Assembly: GCA_008015835.1 (NCBI GenBank)
Contig: SSGH01000008.1
Location: forward strand, 69,165 to 133,164
Direction of reading: 5' to 3'
DNA: 64,000 nucleotides
Origin: Lysobacter sp.
GTDB lineage: Bacteria > Pseudomonadota > Gammaproteobacteria > Xanthomonadales > Xanthomonadaceae
Positions 28,405 through 38,570 of this stretch are shown piece by piece. Both the position numbers and the translations under genes were made by a program. The notes under the pieces are model-generated. The model searched no databases and was not told the origin of the DNA. It was given only the letters and a program-made list of their open reading frames with translations. Numbering within the stretch: the stretch's first letter is position 1; each line of letters opens with the position of its first letter.

Positions 28405-29184
28405 ATGAATTTCGCCGGGCTGGCCGAATTGTGGTTCCCGTTTTCGATCATGCTGGCGATGGCGTTCGTCGCCTGGTCGGTCAGCTTGAAACTGCGCGAC
28501 GTCAGCATCGTCGATAGCCTGTGGTCGATCTTTTTCCTCGCGTTCGCGCTGTCGTTCGCGTGGCGCGTCCGCAGCGATGCGACGGCGGCGTACGCGGCGC
28601 TCGGGCTGCTGTCGTTTTGGGGGCTGCGTTTATCGGGCTACATCACGGTCCGTAATCACGGCAAAGGCGAGGACCGGCGCTATCAGGCGATTCGCGCACG
28701 CAATCAGCCGAATTTCGAATTCAAAAGTCTCTATCTGGTTTTCGTGCTGCAGGCGGTGCTGGCCGCGATCGTGGCGATGCCGTTGCTGCCGATCTTGAAC
28801 GGCGCCGAAAGCGCGAACGCGTTGACGTACGTCGGTTTCGCCGTCGCCGCGTTCGGCGCGATTTTCGAAACCGTCGCCGATGCGCAAATGGCGCGATTCA
28901 AAGCCACGCGAAGCTCGCAAGATGAAGTGATGAATCGCGGCCTTTGGCGCTACAGCCGGCATCCGAATTATTTCGGCGAAGCCGTGTTCTGGTGGGGCAT
29001 GTGGACCGCCTCCGTCAGTATGGGCGGCGCATGGACCGTCTTCTCGCCGCTGTTGATGACATGGCTGCTGACTCGCGTCTCGGGCGTGCCGCTGGTGGAA
29101 GCCGATCTTCAGAAGCGCAGCGCCGCGTATCGCGAGTACCTGACGACGACGCCGCGGTTCGTCCCGGGGCGACCGAAACGTTGA
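28405..29184 (+). CDS. DUF1295 family (steroid reductase-like) membrane protein
   Basis: SIVDSLWS, GEDRRY, GLWRYSRHPNYFGE. Confidence 0.9.
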   Translation: MNFAGLAELWFPFSIMLAMAFVAWSVSLKLRDVSIVDSLWSIFFLAFALSFAWRVRSDATAAYAALGLLSFWGLRLSGYITVRNHGKGEDRRYQAIRARNQPNFEFKSLYLVFVLQAVLAAIVAMPLLPILNGAESANALTYVGFAVAAFGAIFETVADAQMARFKATRSSQDEVMNRGLWRYSRHPNYFGEAVFWWGMWTASVSMGGAWTVFSPLLMTWLLTRVSGVPLVEADLQKRSAAYREYLTTTPRFVPGRPKR

Positions 29185-29328
29185 TCGACGCGGTCGCATC
29201 GCCCATCCCGGCATCCGAACGGAACAGCATTCGTCGATAGACGCCGGGCGATGGATGTCTCGGCGAAGTCGCCCGCGGCAGACGAAATGGCGTATGGTGC
29301 GCGCCAAGCGAGACGAATCGGAGGGGCG

Positions 29329-29796
29329 ATGACCTTCATGGGGAAAACGTTGGGCGCGATCCTGTTGGCGATGTCGCTGCACGCGCAAGCCTCCGAGCGC
29401 CCGGAGCGCTTCGAGGTCGGCGTCGGCGGCTTTTTCGGGCCGTCCTTTGCGGTGGAATTGAACGAAACGGGCGAACTGGTCTATTCGCGCAACGCGAAGA
29501 CCTTCGTGACCGCGGACGGCACCGTGCGCGAAACGGTCGAAGCGTCGCCGCAGGCCTGGCGGGCGTTCTGCGACGAGTTGGACGCGATCGGCGTGTGGGC
29601 GTGGAAGCCGCGCTACGAAAATCCCGACGTCATGGACGGCACGCAGTGGCGAGTCGACATCGCGGCGTGCGGGAAATCGGTGACGTCCTCCGGTTACAAC
29701 GCGTATCCCGGCGGCGCCTCGCCGCCCGACGGCGACGCGTTCGCGCGATTCTTGCGCGCCGTCGGCGAATTGTTGGGCGGACGCGAGTTCAGATAA
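29329..29796 (+). CDS. Hypothetical secreted protein
   Basis: Signal peptide ending AQA; W.P.Y.NP..MDGTQW motif; RBS GGAGG. Confidence 0.7.
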   Translation: MTFMGKTLGAILLAMSLHAQASERPERFEVGVGGFFGPSFAVELNETGELVYSRNAKTFVTADGTVRETVEASPQAWRAFCDELDAIGVWAWKPRYENPDVMDGTQWRVDIAACGKSVTSSGYNAYPGGASPPDGDAFARFLRAVGELLGGREFR

Positions 29797-29871
29797 TCGC
29801 CGATCGAGCGGTCGGTGTTCGAAGGCACGATGCGCCGCGTATCGTCGGATGCGAGGACAACGGGGGAACGC

Positions 29872-30618
29872 ATGTTTTGGATATTGCCGTGGGGACAGGA
29901 GAACCGCGTCAAGCACGTACCCTGGGCGACGTACGCGCTGATCGCGATCAACGTCGCGGTGCATGCGCTCGTCGCGCTGAACGTTTCGCCCGACGACGAC
30001 GGGTTTTTGATGCGCTACGCCTTGCCGGCGGACGGCTGGCGGCCGTATCAACTGTTGACTTCCAGTTTTCTGCATGCCGACGTGTTCCATTTGTTCGGCA
30101 ACATGTTGTTCTTGTGGCTGTTCGGGGAAAGCATCGAAGACGCGCTCGGGCCGTTGGCCTTCCTGACTGTTTATTTCGTCGGCGGCGTGCTCGGCGACTT
30201 GGTCTATGTCCATAACAATGTCGGTTCGATCCCGTCGCTCGGCGCGTCCGGCTGCGTCGCCGCCATCGCTGGCGCCTACGGCGCGATGTTCTACGACCGC
30301 ACCATCGATATTCGCGCGTTTTTCTTGATCTTCCCGATCGGCACGTTCGCGGTTCGCGCCTTCGTGGTGGTGTTGCTCTGGTTCGGTCTCGATCTCTGGT
30401 TGACCTGGACGTCCGCGGGAAGAATGGACGAGACGGATACCGTGAACTACGTCGTTCACGGCGTCGGTTTCGCCGTCGGCGCGTTGGTCGGCGTCGTCGC
30501 GCGTCTGCAGGGGGTGATGCGACGCTACGAGCGCTTGAGTCGCGGCCACGCCTGGTGGGGATATTGGCCGGATTCGCTCGAACGGCGCTACGGACGCGCG
30601 CCCTCGCGCCGCCGCTGA
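29872..30618 (+). CDS. Rhomboid family intramembrane serine protease
   Basis: FLHADVFHLFGNMLFL, GASG (catalytic Ser), HGVGF (His). Confidence 0.9.
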   Translation: MFWILPWGQENRVKHVPWATYALIAINVAVHALVALNVSPDDDGFLMRYALPADGWRPYQLLTSSFLHADVFHLFGNMLFLWLFGESIEDALGPLAFLTVYFVGGVLGDLVYVHNNVGSIPSLGASGCVAAIAGAYGAMFYDRTIDIRAFFLIFPIGTFAVRAFVVVLLWFGLDLWLTWTSAGRMDETDTVNYVVHGVGFAVGALVGVVARLQGVMRRYERLSRGHAWWGYWPDSLERRYGRAPSRRR

Positions 30619-31150
30619 GCGCGATACGTTCGGCGACGATGCGCCTCGGGCGACGGCACGCGCGCCTGGTCGGGGCGATGCGACGGCTCGAACGCTGAGC
30701 CCGACGATGCGTGGCGGCGGCCCAGGATCGCGATCGTTCGACGCTCTAACGATCTTTTAACCGGTGCGGCGCTACGGTTTCCATCGCAGGGGATGCCACC
30801 ACGACAAGGACGACGTCATGACCGGTCTTCGCCGGACTGTCTCGACTGCCGCGTCCCGTGTGTTCTGCGCGATCGCCGCGCACGCTGTCTCTGCGGACGT
30901 CATCGAATGAGGACGGCCTTTTCCGCCGGCCCGTCTCGCACCGGACGACCCGCCTCGTCCGCGCTCGACCTTCGCGCTCGAGTGGACGGCCGAAACGGCG
31001 GCTCCGCTCGAACGCTCGCATCGCACGCGCACGAATGCCGCCGTTTCCGAAAAATCCGCGGCACCGGAAGCCGCTTTCGACCCGCATCGTCCGGTCGGCG
31101 CATTCGCGCCTCGGTTCGGGGCGCAACGCAATCTTTAGGAGTTCCGAACC

Positions 31151-31957
31151 GTGCAATCGCTTCGATCGCTGGCGCGCTTTCGCCGCGCACTCGGCCGCAT
31201 CGCCGTCGCCTTACTGTTGGTCGGCGTGTCCATGCAGCAGTCCGTCTTCGCGCAGACGTTGAATTACACCATCTCGTACAACGCCGTCAGCCGTAGCGCG
31301 ACGGTCGCTTCCTCGCACTACGGCACTTGGCAAGCGTTTCCGTCCGGTCCATGGGGTGTGCTGCATCTGGTGTCGACCGGCCCCGGTACGACCCAGCCGC
31401 CGAACACCAGCCGACACGTGATCGAATTCGAGTTCATGTCGCCCAACTATTTCGGCAACAGCGGCGGGCATTTCGGTCTGTTCGCGCGCGGCGATATGTA
31501 CACGCCGAATCCGATCAATCCGGATTATCCGTATCGCGGCCACGGCGTGATTTTGGGCGACGTGTCGGGGTATCCGACCCACCTGCACCCCAACGGTTTT
31601 TACTGTACGCCGACGGCGGGCCAGAATCGCGTCGCCATCGAAGTGGCCGGCGCGGTGCAGTACGCGGCATTGCCGAACTGCGTGTTCGGGCAGCAGACCG
31701 ACAACGGATATTCGCTGGTCAACAACGCGTGGTATCGCCTGCGTCTGGTGTCCGAATTCGTCGGTTACGGTTATCGCACGAGCTATTCCCTCTATCACCC
31801 GAGCATGGTCGGGTGGCTGGAGTACGCCCGTCGCGAGGTGACGTATCAGTACCCGCAGTTGCCGACGCCGCTGGGCGGCTGGTTCCTCGCCGAGACCTTC
31901 AATCGCTCGAACAATTGGACGCTCTACGTCCGCAATCTGAACGCGCGTTGGGAGTGA
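31151..31957 (+). CDS. Hypothetical secreted aromatic/beta-rich protein
   Basis: GTG start after AGGAG; signal peptide ending VFA; Tyr/Gly/Asn-rich; C-terminal WE. Confidence 0.8.
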   Translation: MQSLRSLARFRRALGRIAVALLLVGVSMQQSVFAQTLNYTISYNAVSRSATVASSHYGTWQAFPSGPWGVLHLVSTGPGTTQPPNTSRHVIEFEFMSPNYFGNSGGHFGLFARGDMYTPNPINPDYPYRGHGVILGDVSGYPTHLHPNGFYCTPTAGQNRVAIEVAGAVQYAALPNCVFGQQTDNGYSLVNNAWYRLRLVSEFVGYGYRTSYSLYHPSMVGWLEYARREVTYQYPQLPTPLGGWFLAETFNRSNNWTLYVRNLNARWE

Positions 31958-32033
31958 TTCGATCGCCGTTGCCGATCCGCGCCGAATGAGGTCGTACCGA
32001 ACAAAACGGTACCGAACGAAACGGCGCGTATCG

Positions 32034-32903
32034 CTATCGCCGCCTCGAGCGCGCGCGTGTCGCGGCCACGGCCAGGATCGGGCCGCACAACGCCTCCATC
32101 GCCGCGTAGCCCGCGGCGTTGGGGTGCACGCCGTCGTCGGAAAACGCCGCGCGCAGCCCGCCTTCGCCGTCGTCCAGCGCGCGGTGATAGTCGAGCCACT
32201 CGCAGCGGCGGGTCCGCGCCAAATCGGCGAGTCGCCGATTGAGCGCGACGATCCGCGCGGCCGGGCGCAATTCCGGTCGCCAGCCGAAGATCGCGGCGGG
32301 TGGGATCGCACCGAGCAATACCTCGATGCCCGCGTCCTGCGCGATCGCGATCATCATCGCCAGATTGCCGACGATCGCGTCGTCGTCGCTGGGCCCGGTG
32401 TTGCCCGCCACATCGTTCGTGCCGGCCAGTAAATGCAGCCGTTGGGGCTTGAGCCGCAGCACGTTCGCGGGCATGCGCAGCACCATCTGCGGCGTGGTTT
32501 GACCGCTGATGCCGCGGCAGATCCGCCGCGCCGGAAAGAAATCGGGACGCGCGCGCGGCCAGCCTTCGGTGATCGAATCGCCGAGAAACACGGTGTCGAC
32601 CGCGAAACCCGAGGCGATCAAGCGGCGGTCGTCCGCGTCGTAGCGCGACAGCCACGGCCAGTCGTCGAGCATCTGTCGCTCGTCGCGGCCGGGTTCGGCC
32701 CGGGCGGGCGCGACCGGCAACGCGGGCAGGACGAGCGCCGCGGCGGATGCGGCGGCCCCCGCGAGGAAACGACGACGATTCGGGCGCGTCGGTGGGCGCC
32801 GATCGTCGGCAGGACGATCCGCGGCATGATCGGCGGGTGGGTCGGAGAGAGGATCGGCGAAAGCGTCGGCGAGACGATTCGCCGAGGGGGCGATGGGGCG
32901 CAT
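32034..32903 (-). CDS. Tat-signal SGNH/GDSL hydrolase
   Basis: NRRRFL Tat motif; FLGDSITE, GISGQTT, AGTND, DGVHP. Start uncertain. Confidence 0.88.
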   Translation of the reverse strand: MRPIAPSANRLADAFADPLSDPPADHAADRPADDRRPPTRPNRRRFLAGAAASAAALVLPALPVAPARAEPGRDERQMLDDWPWLSRYDADDRRLIASGFAVDTVFLGDSITEGWPRARPDFFPARRICRGISGQTTPQMVLRMPANVLRLKPQRLHLLAGTNDVAGNTGPSDDDAIVGNLAMMIAIAQDAGIEVLLGAIPPAAIFGWRPELRPAARIVALNRRLADLARTRRCEWLDYHRALDDGEGGLRAAFSDDGVHPNAAGYAAMEALCGPILAVAATRARSRRR

Positions 32904-33038
32904 ACGGGGTCCGAGCGTGAGCCGGAGATCGGCGTTCGCCGTCGAGCATAATCCGAAGCGCGAGGCCGCCGCCGTCCGGCGTGCTACAACAGCGCCGCGC
33001 TCTTCGCGTAGCGCGCCCGCCATCTTCGGAGATCGCCG

Positions 33039-33917
33039 ATGCTTCGCTCACGATTCGCTTCGATCCGTCGTTGCGCCTGGCTCGCGCTCGCATGCGCGCT
33101 GGTCGCATGCGGCGCGGCGCACGCGGAGCGTCTGCGCGTCATGTCGTTCAACGTGCGCTTGCCGGTGGCCGCCGACGGCGACAACCGCTGGGAAGCGCGG
33201 CGTCCGCTGATGATCGACACGATCCGCCGGGAACGCCCCGATCTCATCGGCACGCAGGAGTTATTCGGCTCGCAGGGCGACGCTTTGGTCGAAGGGTTGC
33301 CCGCGTATCGCTGGTTCGGGCGCGGACGACGCGGCGGCGGTCGCGACGACGAGCATATGGGCGTGCTGTATCGCGCCGATGCCTATGCCGTGATCGAATC
33401 CGGCGATTTCTGGCTGTCGGACACGCCGGAGGTCGTCGGCAGCATCAGTTGGGGCAATCTCTATCCGCGCATGGTCACGTGGGCGCTGTTCGAATCGCGG
33501 CGCAGCGGCGCGCGCTTCTATCTGTTCAACACCCATTTTCCGTACCGCGACGAGGACGCCGAGGCGCGAACCCGCTGCGCGCGGTTGCTGCTCGCGCGCA
33601 TTCGCGCCTTGCCCGACGGCGTGCCGGTGGTGCTGACCGGCGATTTCAACACCGGCGACGAGAGCGAGGCCTATCGCGTGTTGACCGCCGAGCTGACGGA
33701 CGCGTGGCGCGCCGCCCCGCGTCGGCGCGGACCGGAGGGCACGTTCCATGCGTTCAGCGGAACGCCGCAGCGGCGTATCGATTGGATTCTGGTGCGCGGC
33801 CTGGAGGCGCATTCGGCCGAGACCGTGACGACGCATCGCGGCGCGCGCTATCCGTCGGATCATTTTCCGGTAGTGGCGGACTTGCGCTGGCCGAAGCCGC
33901 GGCGGCGAACGCCATAA
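33039..33917 (+). CDS. Endonuclease/exonuclease/phosphatase family protein (secreted)
   Basis: VMSFNVR, GTQE, NTHF, LTGDFN, IDWI, SDHFPV. Confidence 0.9.
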   Translation: MLRSRFASIRRCAWLALACALVACGAAHAERLRVMSFNVRLPVAADGDNRWEARRPLMIDTIRRERPDLIGTQELFGSQGDALVEGLPAYRWFGRGRRGGGRDDEHMGVLYRADAYAVIESGDFWLSDTPEVVGSISWGNLYPRMVTWALFESRRSGARFYLFNTHFPYRDEDAEARTRCARLLLARIRALPDGVPVVLTGDFNTGDESEAYRVLTAELTDAWRAAPRRRGPEGTFHAFSGTPQRRIDWILVRGLEAHSAETVTTHRGARYPSDHFPVVADLRWPKPRRRTP

Positions 33918-34055
33918 GCCGAACGCCATAAGCAGAGCGTGCGGGTCGACCCTGCGAACCGAGCGGCGCCAGGCCTAGTGCGCTGCGCGAATGCGATACG
34001 AGGCGAATGTGATACGTTGCCGCCAACGCCTTCTGCGTTGCAGGCAAAGACGACC

Positions 34056-34568
34056 ATGCGCACTTCCGCGTTCATCGCACCGATGCTGGCCTTGTTCGGG
34101 TTCGCCGCGCTGCGCCCGTTCTGCGCGTTCGCGGAGGAGCCGCGGTTCGACAGCGCGTACACGGATCTCGCGAAAGACTGCCGCGCGGCGTTCGCCGCCG
34201 CGGAGATCGAGGAAGGGCAGGACATGCCGCTGCGCTGCGCGGGACCGGCCGGCTACGCGCTGTACCTGTATTTTTCGGCCGAGGATGCGTATCTGCAGGT
34301 CGAGTCGACCGACGATGGCGCACCGCAACTGGCGCAGCCGTTGAAGCTGAGCGATGTCGATCGCGGTAAGGCGGAGTGGCGTCTCGCCGACGGCGTGCCG
34401 TTCGCGATCATCGTGCGCGTTCGCGGCGGCGAAGGGCATACGCTCGAACTGCGCGGCATCGGCGCTTATCGCGCGATGTCCGACAGCATCGACACCGCCC
34501 GCCGTTCGTCGGCGAACGCCGATGCGCGTTCGGTCGCCGACGACGAATTCCTGCGCGCGCAGCGCTGA
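34056..34568 (+). CDS. Hypothetical secreted protein with an N-terminal Cys pair
   Basis: Signal peptide; SAYTDLAKDC...CAGPAGY; KAEWRL.DG.PFAII.R. Confidence 0.7.
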   Translation: MRTSAFIAPMLALFGFAALRPFCAFAEEPRFDSAYTDLAKDCRAAFAAAEIEEGQDMPLRCAGPAGYALYLYFSAEDAYLQVESTDDGAPQLAQPLKLSDVDRGKAEWRLADGVPFAIIVRVRGGEGHTLELRGIGAYRAMSDSIDTARRSSANADARSVADDEFLRAQR

Positions 34569-34836
34569 TCCAATCGCGCCCAGAGCGCCGGCCGCGGCAT
34601 CGCGCTGCCGCAGCAGACCGCGATAACGACCCGAATTTCAGCGACGCAAACCCGCGCGCGCCGTTGCCGCGGCGCATCATCGTGCGCATTCCGGACCGGA
34701 TAAGATGCCGGTCGCCGGCATGCGAGCGGTCGCGCAAGCGACGCGGGGAGGGGGCTCCGACGGACACACGATGGACATCTCGCGCCGGGACAATCGTCCG
34801 TTCCTCACGCTGTCTTCGGTCCTCCCGGGAGCCCTT

Positions 34837-35730
34837 ATGAACCGTGCCGCACAACGTTTCGCCGCGCGCCTCGCCCGTCGCGCCCTCGTCGCGATCCTCG
34901 GACTCGGCCTCGCCTTCGGCGCCGCCGACGCGAGCGCGCAGTCGTACCTGCGCGTGGTGTCTTGGAACATGTTGCACGCCGGTTGGAGCGGCCAGCAGGA
35001 TTGGAACGGCTACGCCACCCAAATCTGGACCAATTTCGGCAGCGCGGCCGGCGCCGCGAACGGCGTGGATTTGGTCTTCGGCCAGGAAGTGATGTACGCG
35101 GAATCGGCCGCCAGCGTCGCCGCCGCGTTGACCGCCGTCAGCGGCTACACCTGGGACTATCGCGTCACCGCCGCCGTCGGCCGCACCAGCTACAAAGAAC
35201 GCTACGCGGTGTTCTTCCGGACCGACCGCGTGCAGTTGTTGTCGGAAAGCCTGTGGGTGGATACTGGCGACAAATTCGAGCGCGAGCCGCAAATCGTGAA
35301 AGTGCGGCATCTTCAGACCGGCGCGGATTACACCTTCATCAACTGGCACACGGTGTTCGGCACCACCGCCGAACGTCAGCTCGAAATCCAACAGATCGCG
35401 AGCGTGTTCCAGTCGATCCAAAACGGCAGCGGCAGCGATCAGGACGTGGTGCTGCTCGGCGATCACAATCGCGAAGCCACTTCGCCGTGGTGGGCGAACC
35501 TCACCGGCACCTCGCCCACGGTGGGCTGGCGCGTGAACGACAAGACGTCGATCAACACCAGTTGCGCCTTCGCCAGTGCGTACGACCATTTCTGGATGCA
35601 GACTAGCTACGTCACCGAGTATTCGACCTCGGGTCGCGACTACATCTCGAACATGTGCGCGTTCCGCAACGGACTGTCGGACCACGCGCCGATCTACATC
35701 TCGTTCTACTCGACCGCCGACACCGACTGA
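34837..35730 (+). CDS. Secreted DNase I-like nuclease (EEP superfamily)
   Basis: Signal peptide; SWN, QE, YKERYAVFFR, FEREP, H, GDHN, AYDH, LSDHAPI. Confidence 0.85.
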   Translation: MNRAAQRFAARLARRALVAILGLGLAFGAADASAQSYLRVVSWNMLHAGWSGQQDWNGYATQIWTNFGSAAGAANGVDLVFGQEVMYAESAASVAAALTAVSGYTWDYRVTAAVGRTSYKERYAVFFRTDRVQLLSESLWVDTGDKFEREPQIVKVRHLQTGADYTFINWHTVFGTTAERQLEIQQIASVFQSIQNGSGSDQDVVLLGDHNREATSPWWANLTGTSPTVGWRVNDKTSINTSCAFASAYDHFWMQTSYVTEYSTSGRDYISNMCAFRNGLSDHAPIYISFYSTADTD

Positions 35731-35742
35731 TCGCGACGTTCG

Positions 35743-37476
35743 ATGGCGATGCCGTTCCGTTCCGAGCGCACGCTTGCCGTCGGCGGGGTCGCGTTGGCGG
35801 TCGTGTTGATTGGTGCGGCGGTGTGGTGGCGCGCGTCGCGGATGCCCGCCGATGCGCTGTCGGTCGCCGCCAGCGATGCCGATTCGCGCGACGTGCGGAA
35901 CGACGGCGCATTCGTCCTGCGCATGCGCCTGTTGCCCGATGCCGGCGTCTCCGCATCGTCGACGTCCGTGCGCGTCGGCGCGGCTGCGGTCTCGCCGGAC
36001 GATGAGGCGGCCTATCGCGCATGGCAGCGCGGCGGCCGCGAAGGCGCGGGGCCCGCGGAGTACGGCGATCTCGCGACCGTGACGCGCTGGACGAACGCAC
36101 CGGCGCGCGCGCTCGCCGACGGTCGCGTCGAGGTCGGGCCGATCGCTCTGCCCGCCGCGCCGCGCTACGCGCTGCAGGCGCGCGCCGACGACGGCCTGCG
36201 CTTCTACGAAGCGCACTTCGCGCGCGGCGACGCGCCGGCCGAAGTGCGCCCGCGCGTCGCCGCCGGTTTGCGCGTGCGCGCGCCGAACGGGGCCGATCCC
36301 GCCGGCATCGCGTTCGGGGTGTTGTTCCGTCGCGTGGCCGGTTCGGAAGACGCCGCGTGGCAATCGCTGCTGCGGCGCGAAACGCCGGCCTTGCTCGATG
36401 CGTTCGACGAGCGCGCCTGGCCCGTCTCGGGCGAGACCCGCATCGCGCCGCTGCCGCCGGGGCCGATCGATGTGGTCGCGGTGGCGAACGGCGTCGAAAC
36501 CGAACGGCGACGGGTCGTGCTGATCGCCGGTCGGTATGTCGCGTTCGATCTCGACCCCGCCGCCGCCGAACTGGGCGCGGCGCTCTCGTCGACGGTGGCG
36601 TTGCGTTTGGTCGAAGCGGGCAGCGGCGCGCCGGTGCGCGAAGCGCTGGCGGTGTGGCTTTCCCCGCGCGGCGAAGTGCGCGTGCGCGCCGATGCGAAGG
36701 GCGTGGTGCGCTTGCCGGGCGTGGATCTCTCCGGGCCTCTGCGCTTGGAATTGCGCTTCGAGTCGAAAGAATCGTCTTCGCTCGTGGTCGACGCCCTGCC
36801 GCGTTGGCCCGAGCGCATCGCGTTGGCGCTCGATCTCGACGATGCGCGCGCGGTCGGCGATACGCTGGAGAAGACCGTCGCGCTGCAGCCGCTGCGCTGG
36901 TTGATCGTGGAAACCCCGGGCATCGACGTGCCGCGTCGCCCGCGCGTCGACGACCCGTTTCCGGTGTTCGTGCTGCAGCGCGCCGAGGGTGCGACATGGC
37001 GCGACGCCAGCGCCGAGGCGTTTCGTCCGGTGGACGAGGGCATCGCGGTGTCGTTGGACGCGCCGGGCCGCGTGCGCGTCGCGGCCGCGATCGCGCCGTG
37101 GCGCATCGCGTACAGCGACGCCGTCGAATCGCGCACCGGCGATGCGCGTCGGCGCACGCGACTCCGCGCGACCGGCGGACGCGACCTGTCGCTGCGCTTC
37201 GTCGCCGATGCCCGCCCGCTGGCGTTCGCGCCGGTGCGGTTGGTTTCGCCTTTGCGGGGCGTGCCGCCGAAAACGATGACGACCGACGCCGCCGGCCGGG
37301 TCGTACTGCCCGGCGCCAATGCGCCGGCCCTGCGCGCGGAAGCCCCGGGGTTCGAGCAGGTCGAGGTGCGGCTGGATCGGGTCGAATCGAATCGGGCCGA
37401 ATCGGGCCGGAACGAGACGGACCGGAACGAGACGGACCGGAGCGAAACGGTCGTGTCGCTGCGGCGCGGCGGTTGA
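35743..37476 (+). CDS. Membrane-anchored hypothetical protein with carboxypeptidase-regulatory-like beta-sandwich repeats
   Basis: N-terminal TM; TTDAAGRVVL...RAEAPGF and ADAKGVVRL repeats; 12 nt after the DNase stop. Confidence 0.7.
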   Translation: MAMPFRSERTLAVGGVALAVVLIGAAVWWRASRMPADALSVAASDADSRDVRNDGAFVLRMRLLPDAGVSASSTSVRVGAAAVSPDDEAAYRAWQRGGREGAGPAEYGDLATVTRWTNAPARALADGRVEVGPIALPAAPRYALQARADDGLRFYEAHFARGDAPAEVRPRVAAGLRVRAPNGADPAGIAFGVLFRRVAGSEDAAWQSLLRRETPALLDAFDERAWPVSGETRIAPLPPGPIDVVAVANGVETERRRVVLIAGRYVAFDLDPAAAELGAALSSTVALRLVEAGSGAPVREALAVWLSPRGEVRVRADAKGVVRLPGVDLSGPLRLELRFESKESSSLVVDALPRWPERIALALDLDDARAVGDTLEKTVALQPLRWLIVETPGIDVPRRPRVDDPFPVFVLQRAEGATWRDASAEAFRPVDEGIAVSLDAPGRVRVAAAIAPWRIAYSDAVESRTGDARRRTRLRATGGRDLSLRFVADARPLAFAPVRLVSPLRGVPPKTMTTDAAGRVVLPGANAPALRAEAPGFEQVEVRLDRVESNRAESGRNETDRNETDRSETVVSLRRGG

Positions 37477-37588
37477 GGTCGCGCGCATCGCGTCACCCCG
37501 TTTGCGCCGCTCGCGCGTTCGGTCGCTGCGGTACGCGCGTCGCGTATCGCGCGGCGCCACTTGCGCCGACTCGACCGGGGAACCGCAC

Positions 37589-38521
37589 ATGATTCGATTT
37601 TTCTTCTTGCCCGAGCCTTCTTCCGCCCGGCGGCGCCCGTGGATGCCCATCGCCGCCGCGATGCGGGTCGCCGTCGTCGTCTGCGCCGCGCTGCCGATGC
37701 CCCTGGCCGCGGCGACATCGCCAGCGCCCGATGCGAACGATGAGGCGGCGGTCGAAGGCCAACGCCGAGCGATCCGACAGGAAATCGCCGGTCTCGGCGC
37801 GCACCGCTGGGCCGGCGATTACTACGAGGGCGATGGCCTCGGCGCGAATATCGCGTTCACGCTCGCGCCGAATCGCGGCGTCGCCGCGACATGGCGCGGC
37901 TGTCTGGGCCTGTACGGCGCCAACCGCGGACGCGTGGTCGAAGAGAACGGCGTGCTCCGCATGCGTTACGACCGCCCCAACGCGTCCGGCTTCGGTGGGT
38001 TCCCCGATGCGCTGCGGCCGGTCGCATGGGGCGAACGTCGGTACCTGATTCCGGAGGCGAAGATGATGGCTTTCGTCAATGCGCTCCATCATGGGTACGA
38101 GCCGCGCAAGCAGATGCACGGCATGTTCCTGCTCGCGCAAGGCGACGAGAAACGCGCGGTCGTGGGGTTGCCGGATCTGCCGCTGCGTTATCGCGCGTTG
38201 CTGCGCGCGCAGCCGCTGAACGTACGGGTCGTCGCCTCGGCGCTCGAAGACAAGAAAAAAGAGAGCAACCCGAGCCTGGGCTGCAACTACCGCTACCGGT
38301 TGACGCTCGATCGCGGCGCGCGCGATGGCTTAGCGCTCGACCTGGAACTCAAGACCGCCGTGCCCGCCACGGTTCACGAGACCGCGAAAATCCTGACCGT
38401 CGGCGAACGCACCTCGACGGCCACGTTGACCGTGCTGTTTCACGACTGCGCACGGCCGAAGATCGTGCCGAGCGCGCAGTGGCGATTGACGACCGGCGCG
38501 TATGCGCCCGCGAAGCGTTGA
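37589..38521 (+). CDS. Hypothetical exported protein
   Basis: Hydrophobic leader; WAGDYYEGDGLG, TWRGCLG. Start uncertain. Confidence 0.7.
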   Translation: MIRFFFLPEPSSARRRPWMPIAAAMRVAVVVCAALPMPLAAATSPAPDANDEAAVEGQRRAIRQEIAGLGAHRWAGDYYEGDGLGANIAFTLAPNRGVAATWRGCLGLYGANRGRVVEENGVLRMRYDRPNASGFGGFPDALRPVAWGERRYLIPEAKMMAFVNALHHGYEPRKQMHGMFLLAQGDEKRAVVGLPDLPLRYRALLRAQPLNVRVVASALEDKKKESNPSLGCNYRYRLTLDRGARDGLALDLELKTAVPATVHETAKILTVGERTSTATLTVLFHDCARPKIVPSAQWRLTTGAYAPAKR

Positions 38522-38570
38522 AGCGCGTCGCGACACTGCGTTGCCGGGCCGCGCGCGCTATCCTGCGCGC

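Noticed and set aside
30908-30910. Selenocysteine read-through of the in-frame TGA
   Set aside because: No recognisable SECIS hairpin right after the TGA and no redox-motif context.
34408-37650. 1080-aa minus-strand ORF, and similar long alternative-frame ORFs (39583-42189 +, 13592-15691 +, 53030-55204 -, 43283-45157 part)
   Set aside because: Shadow frames of real high-GC genes; Arg/Ala/Pro-rich, no motifs, fully overlapping well-supported CDS.
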